Shown: positions 1 through 64,000 of the stretch, piece after piece
How positions within the stretch are numbered: position 1 is the first letter of the stretch
Layout of the letters: each line of letters begins with the position of its first letter
Source: Tubiluchus corallicola
Taxonomy: Eukaryota > Animalia > Priapulida
NCBI GenBank assembly: GCA_030141605.1
Contig: JAQGDQ010000145.1
Location: 438,099 to 502,098 of the forward strand
DNA: 64,000 nt
Direction: 5' to 3'
Made by a program: the position numbers and the translations under genes
Notes under the pieces: model-generated
The model's input: the letters and a program-made list of their open reading frames with translations, nothing else
Told to the model about the DNA's origin: nothing
Databases searched by the model: none

Positions 1-1359
1 CTGCTAGAAGATTGGTTAAACGTCTATTTTAACTGTTTGCTATACTATTCTTCATAATTTTTGTTTGACTCGTATCAAACTTACCTGCATGGATGAGATG
101 GAATTTACTATAATACTTTAGGCAGAATAAGTAAAATGAAACACTTTTTAGGCACTATTTATTATTATGCATTTTCCCTAAGTAACATTTGAATTGGTAC
201 TGGAACTGCATTTGTGCCAGTTCGTGTTATTAAAATGAATTACTCAAATAGGTACTATTATTTATTGCATATTTGGAAAGAACACAATGAATTTTGTTAA
301 TTGTAGTAAGTCTTTTAACAGTTTCACGATGACGCACAGTTATTGTAGGTCAAGGTTTAAGTGAACCCCACAACCGCCACGTGACATGTGAGTAAAGCAA
401 TCAGTTCAGTAACTTCAGTTGTAAAGCCATTTTCTTGCTGTTTTACATGGACTTTACTTAATTATGCATTAGTCTGTGCACTGTAGAGTGATTTACTAGC
501 AGAATCCTGCTTGGGAACAAGAAAAAAATGAACTAGGTAGGGTTCTAGCTCACTGTTAAAACTGTTATAGCATGGGCTTCGAGGCATTGTCTGGCTCACT
601 TATCCTTTGTCCTTTTCATGATCATCATCAATAGGTGGAACTGTAAAAACGCTTATTTATCTATTTTGCCAATGTCTTGACAAGTTGTTTTATAAAGACG
701 CCATGTAGAGGCTTTTTGGCAACCGTTTCTGGAGGTTATTAGAAATTGTGAATTTTTTGTGATACTAGTTTAAGTTGTTTAAGTTTCTTGTGTCCCGGTT
801 TTGTTGTTACTGCAACATTTGGGTGATTAGCATATTTATTATTAGGTTAATGTGGAAGAACTAACATTCAGTCAGGTAGAATCAACCAGTGGATCTTTGT
901 TATCAGGTTAAACCCTTCCTCTGGTATTTGTACCATCTAATTAACCTACCGGTGAACATAGATATTATTACAATTATGTATAAAAATTATCTGCATTATT
1001 TATTCACATTTTTGTGATCAATTTTGTAATTATTGGTCCGACTCCTACGTGTATACAGCATAATTTAAAAAAATGTCTTAATAATTGTATATACACGCTT
1101 GAAAATAATAGGCTATTATTTGTTGCATACTGTATCACTGTTATTTAAATATGTCACATATAATATATAGGTATATACAAATTTTCAATTGCTTGTTTGC
1201 GTTTTGTTTTGAAATAGTCAATTTTTCAAAAGCCTTTATCAGTAACAATAATGAACAAAAATTTAATATTACATATATATTACACTATGTATTAGGCAAT
1301 TGCACCCGAGTGAAAGTGAAATAAATGAAGACTGGAGAAACATTTTTAACTAAAATAAG

Positions 1360-1365
1360 TTTATT
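1360..1365 (-). promoter_or_regulatory. Candidate polyadenylation signal (AATAAA) of the mucin gene
   Basis: tttatt on the plus strand where base skew changes; implies a 3' UTR of about 1.5 kb. Confidence 0.45.
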
Positions 1366-2882
1366 TTCAATAATCAACACCAATTGCAGGAATCTACATT
1401 ACAGCAAAATATATCTCTAAATAAATACATAAATCACCTTTAATATTTAATAATAAATCATGAATCAATAAAAAATTCGCATAAGAATAAAATATTAAAA
1501 AATAAACAAAACTTGCTATTTGGAATACACTTTGGTTCATATTTATTAAGCTCAATTCATTATCATAGTCTGAGCAACTCCATGCTTATGGTTTATTGAA
1601 TCCTGAATATTTATATATAGTAAACATTTTATCTTTGGTATGTATACATATCTAATCATAATATAATATAGATAAATACTTGTGTACAGTGCTTTGGTCA
1701 GAGCTATAATAAAAATGCAGGACTTAATTTTATAGACATCTGATACAGTAAAGGCAGCCAAGAATTAATATATCTTAGCAAACCGTTCAGATAAACACAC
1801 CTGTTCATCATCATTAGTCACACCTGTAATCAGGAGGAACCACAAGAAACATAACAATTTGACAACAGTGGATACTAGCAATTACAATTTGTTCAATCTT
1901 AATGTATGAAATCCAAAAAACAAACACTTTTTGTGCGAATACAAACAAAACAAATGTTTGTTCTCTTAACACAACTGTAAACCTGCACATGATTAACTCA
2001 CATTGACTCCAGCACTTGCTTGATGAAATTTCTTTATTGCAACAGGGAGTGACTTTGAAATCATGGAATTTTAGCTAAAGATCACGACTATAGCAACTGG
2101 CTAATTAATGTTACTGAAATTACAATATAGCTCTAGAGGCTCACACAAAATATATGTTAGGATTTACTAGTTCACGAATCTAAAGCAACTAATCGACATA
2201 ATTATACAATTAAGTTAACATAACTTTACGATAATAAACCCCTGACATAAAGGGTTTTAAAGTCATGAGATAAATTTTAACATTGTTTCCAAAAATACTG
2301 CATAGTTTTCAGCACAATATTTACACTCAAAGTTTTTTTTTATATTTGTGTGATAACGAAGGCAGTTCTTGCTCAAGTCATAATGTAAGCCTGCAAGGGT
2401 CATCATAACAATATTTATATGGATTTATTTTGTCACAACTTTATTAATATTAAAATTTGTGGCTGTAATTTAAGTTGTAAAAAATCTCAAATTTGTAAAA
2501 TTTAAAAAAATTTCGATTGAAAAAACAATTGAAGTTTCCTATATTCAGGAAAACAAATTCTATTCAAATAATAAAATATGTAAAGGATATTAATACTTTT
2601 TGGCCAACAAGCAATTTGAACAGAACAAAAAAGAGAGTCTGAATCACTGAAAATGCCTGTAGACCGACTGTGTATTGATTGAACATTGAGCAAATTTGAA
2701 GATTACATTTTTTTCCCCTAAAACTTGCTTCACTTTATAGATGCAATTATAGAGTTAAATTTGAAAGGCTCACAGTATAAGTAAAAGAAAAATTTGATTG
2801 ACCAATGAAATTTTCAAATATAGAGACATTTCACAATAAAAGCTAAGCTATAAAAAGCCTGAAATATTAATTTATAAATTGT

Positions 2883-60826
<57,944 letters not shown>

Positions 60827-61379
60827 CTAAAAAACAAAGAGCTCATCTGAATCATAACATCATAACTGAGTTAAAAGCTAAAGTTAAGTCACGGAAATGA
60901 AGTAACTTATTTGTCATTTCGTTTAGAGTGTTATTCAAACTCTATCGAACGTAAACAAAACGGTAATAAATTACAACTCTCTACTGACAACAATCGCTGA
61001 ATCCACAACCTGAACAAATAATAATTACTTCCACGAAAAAAGGAAACTGAAGAAAACGCTAACTGCATAACATAAGGTAGAGGCTCACAAGTGTCCCACG
61101 CGTCCTGTTATTTAGCTTGAATATACCAACTTATATTCTTTCAGGCAACTTCTCAACAATTAACTATTCAACATCCAACAATTCTCGCATTGAAAGTTTT
61201 AATTTTGTATGTGGAGTATAACTGATAATAAAATTATAAGCTTATTTCAGATTCTTCCACATGTACTATAATAAAAAGTACATATATAAAAATATAATAA
61301 TAGTTATGTGCAATATTTATTTGTGACGAAATTAAAACAGAAAAGAAAAAAATGGTAAAAGACTTTAAAAAGATTAGTA

Positions 61380-62027
61380 TTAAAAGTTCAAAAAAGCTCA
61401 TTCGTCTAATAACACACTTGCATTATAGAGCTCACACCGAAAATCTGTTCAAAAATGTGAAAATACTGACAGTGCTCAAGGTAGTTGGTATATAAACTAA
61501 CCTGTTTATGTACAAATATGTTACTCTTTTACTTAGCATGTATCATAGTTTTTTCAATTATAATATCATAGTCATACCAAACACGACTATACCACAAATA
61601 CCATATTCCTAAGTGCACAACCAATTTTTTGAAACATTCTGCCATGTATAATGGAGCTCTAATGCGGAATAATTGACCCGATAAAATAAAGCAACTTGGC
61701 AATATAAATAAATTTAAGAAACTTAAAAAACACTTACTGGAAAATGTGTAATCTGATAAGTGGTGTAAATTGTAATTTTTTTACCATGATTATGCAATTT
61801 TGCCATACTAATCAAGTTTTCGTCTTTTTACCTGCACTTTTAATTTATTTGCACATATTTGCACATATAATATTGTACTAGCCATGTACCACGTCCTTCG
61901 CACTTTTAGCTGTAATTTTACTCTTTATACATTATCGATATATTTTGCGATGTGTTCAATAGACATGTAAGTCTCTTGATTTCTGTTCATAGATGCATTA
62001 CAAATAAATAAAATAAATAAAAATAAA
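61380..62027 (+). mobile_element. LINE 3' remnant with A-rich (AAAT-like) tail
   Basis: QKK.IR.I..H.RAHT..LF, G....N..P..IK..N..KFKK motifs. Confidence 0.7.
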
Positions 62028-62269
62028 GTTTATAAACATCACTTCATATTCTTGTTATCTAATAATACTAAACACTTATCTAATAAAGGTTTACTTCTCA
62101 GTTCCTTTACAGCAACTATACAGGTTTTTTCTTAAAAACACTAAAAAATGATCTAATCTTGCATTAATAAAGTAAGTAAATAACATCTTTATTTGCCATA
62201 ACAAAATATTAAGATACTCAATCAGTAAAAGTTAACAATATCGTATATATTAATTTCGGTGGTATGTTA

Positions 62270-62500
62270 TATATATATAACGTTGGGGGGTTTCATTGGG
62301 CGGTTTATTTTTCCAATCGGGCCCACCGGGACGAACGGGGGGGGGGGGGGGGTTACCTACAAAAATTGCGATTTTTCGGCCGTTTTTTGCAAAACTTATA
62401 CATGTACCTCTTATTTCTGGCGAATTGGAACGTGGCGGGGGCGGTGCTGATAATGGTTGGTTAGGTAAATAAACGAACTCTAGATGTTCGCGCATTGTTG
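62270..62500 (+). repeat. GC-rich dispersed repeat next to (TA)n
   Basis: Homologous to 46440-46600. Confidence 0.78.
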
Positions 62501-62824
62501 ACTATAAGTGGATTTATACGCAAAATTTTTGCAGGACTTTTGCTAGTATACAATTAACTTAATTAAGTTCTCAAATGCAATGCCGGACCAAATTGATGCA
62601 AAAACTAAACATTGTGTGGAATGCTGAACATTCTGGAAATTCTGTTTATCTACAAGCTTTTTACCAGTTTACTTATTTTATTTATTGTTATTATTTCAAT
62701 ATGCTAGTCATTTAAATTATCGCACGGTCGGCTTACTGAAAAAAATACATTGTTAAAAACTTGCCAAACAAGTCCTTAGACTGATATTGCGGAAATGACT
62801 ATTAAATTGGTCTTGAATGAGATA

Positions 62825-63331
62825 CAGTGGCCGCCGCTTATTGTGGACACCTCGGGCCAGCAGTGTATGTCCATATTAAGCGGCTGTCCATATTAAGCGA
62901 AGTGACCCATGAAGACCCTTCCCCTTCATTAAAAAAGGCAAAAAACTGTCTGTATCAACTCGTCTCCTGTTTTATTGAAAAAAAGAAGTCAGACGAGTTT
63001 GTTTGGCAGGAAACTTTTCTCTCAACCTTGAACGGAAGGAAGTTATCACAGTTTCGAAGCTCTCAAGGCCAAGGCAAACGGCGAACTGACTGATGCAATG
63101 ACTCACACAGGCAGCAGAGCGGGAAGCTCTTTTCAATCACGCGCGCAGGCCGTGGTTGGCACGGCTGGTTCACGTTATATGACCTTACGTTATAGGTTCG
63201 CTGTCCATATTAAGCGGCGGTTGTCCATATTAACCGGCGGATTTTATTAGGGGAAAATTCCGTCCCTCGCGAGTTGTCCACAATAACCGGCTGTCCACAA
63301 TAACCGTGTCCATAATAAGCGGCGGCCACTG
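62825..63331 (+). mobile_element. Complete Tc1/mariner-type (pogo/Tigger-like) MITE, 507 bp
   Basis: TIR CAGTGGCCGCCGCTTATT, TA on both flanks, subterminal gtcca(t/c)a repeats. Confidence 0.9.
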
Positions 63332-63603
63332 TAGCGGTAGTGTTTTGCGTAAACTTTATACCGCCTCAGCATACTGTCACTATGAAAATGAGACAGCTAC
63401 AAGGCCGTATAAAAAAACCATCTGAGTTTGTACCATACTTCGGATTGAAAACATTTTGTAGATGATGTTTGTTACTACAGTAATAGAACAAATTCCCACT
63501 TTTAGGAAACTTTACCAGACCCTTATAATGCTGGCCTTGGCATGTGCAGCAATTTCGGCTACTGACGTTGTCAATGCGTCAGCAATTAATATTTTACTAC
63601 TGC

Positions 63604-63996
63604 CCGCTTAATATGGACAGCGAACCTATAACGTAAGGTCATATAACGTGAACCAGCCGTGCCAACCACGGCCTGCGCGCGTGATTGAAAAGAGCTTCCC
63701 GCTCTGCTGCCTGTGTGAGTCATTGCATCAGTCAGTTCGCCGTTTGCCGTGGCCTTGAGAGCTTCGAAACTGTGATAACTTTCTTCCGTTCAAGGTTGAG
63801 AGAAAAGTTTCCTGCCAAACAAACTCGTCTGACTTCTTTTTTTCAATAAAACAGGAGACGAGTTGATACAGACAGTTTTTTGCCTTTTTTAATGAAGGGG
63901 ACGGGTCTTCATGGGTCACTTCGCTTAATATGGACAGCCGCTTAATATGGACATACACTGCTGGCCCGACGTGTCCACAATAAGCGGCGGCCACTG
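63604..63996 (-). mobile_element. Truncated inverted copy of the same MITE
   Basis: Reverse complement of 62825-63217 with only a few substitutions. Confidence 0.9.
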
Positions 63997-64000
63997 TATC

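Noticed and set aside
1801-1823. Possible alternative terminal exon after a pyrimidine-rich cag acceptor
   Set aside because: Would add only Val-stop; no supporting evidence, and it lies in the presumed 3' UTR
60975-62140. Candidate upstream exons (60975-61009, 62095-62140) for the signal peptide
   Set aside because: One has an in-frame stop in the required phase and neither encodes a signal peptide; the 5' end remains unidentified
62827-63994. Two near-identical 88-aa ORFs on opposite strands
   Set aside because: Both lie inside the MITE copies, start at GTG within the TIR and lack transposase motifs

Overview
AT-rich eukaryotic DNA, most consistent with an invertebrate animal; the taxon cannot be fixed from sequence alone. 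Almost the whole window is one intron-rich minus-strand gene. I assembled by hand 33 GT-AG exons with consistent splice phases (60826 down to 2883; 5021 nt, about 1670 codons; signal peptide and 5' end not found). They encode a single-pass membrane mucin: acidic Thr-rich 13-aa repeats - NIDO - AMOP - vWD (GDPH) - about 10 EGF/cbEGF - SEA (FRNGSISV) - 2 EGF - TM - Tyr-rich tail with YDNPAY and C-terminal YVYF. It combines the MUC4-type (GDPH) and MUC1-type (SEA) self-cleaving modules in one chain. Introns hold a BEL/Pao LTR deletion derivative with both LTRs and a 5-bp TSD, several LINE remnants, a Penelope fragment, Tc1/mariner- and hAT-type MITEs, a small TIR element filled with telomere-like repeats, tRNA-derived repeats, a 28-bp minisatellite and microsatellites. 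Most ORF-track entries are exons read through into introns, TE debris or repeat artefacts.
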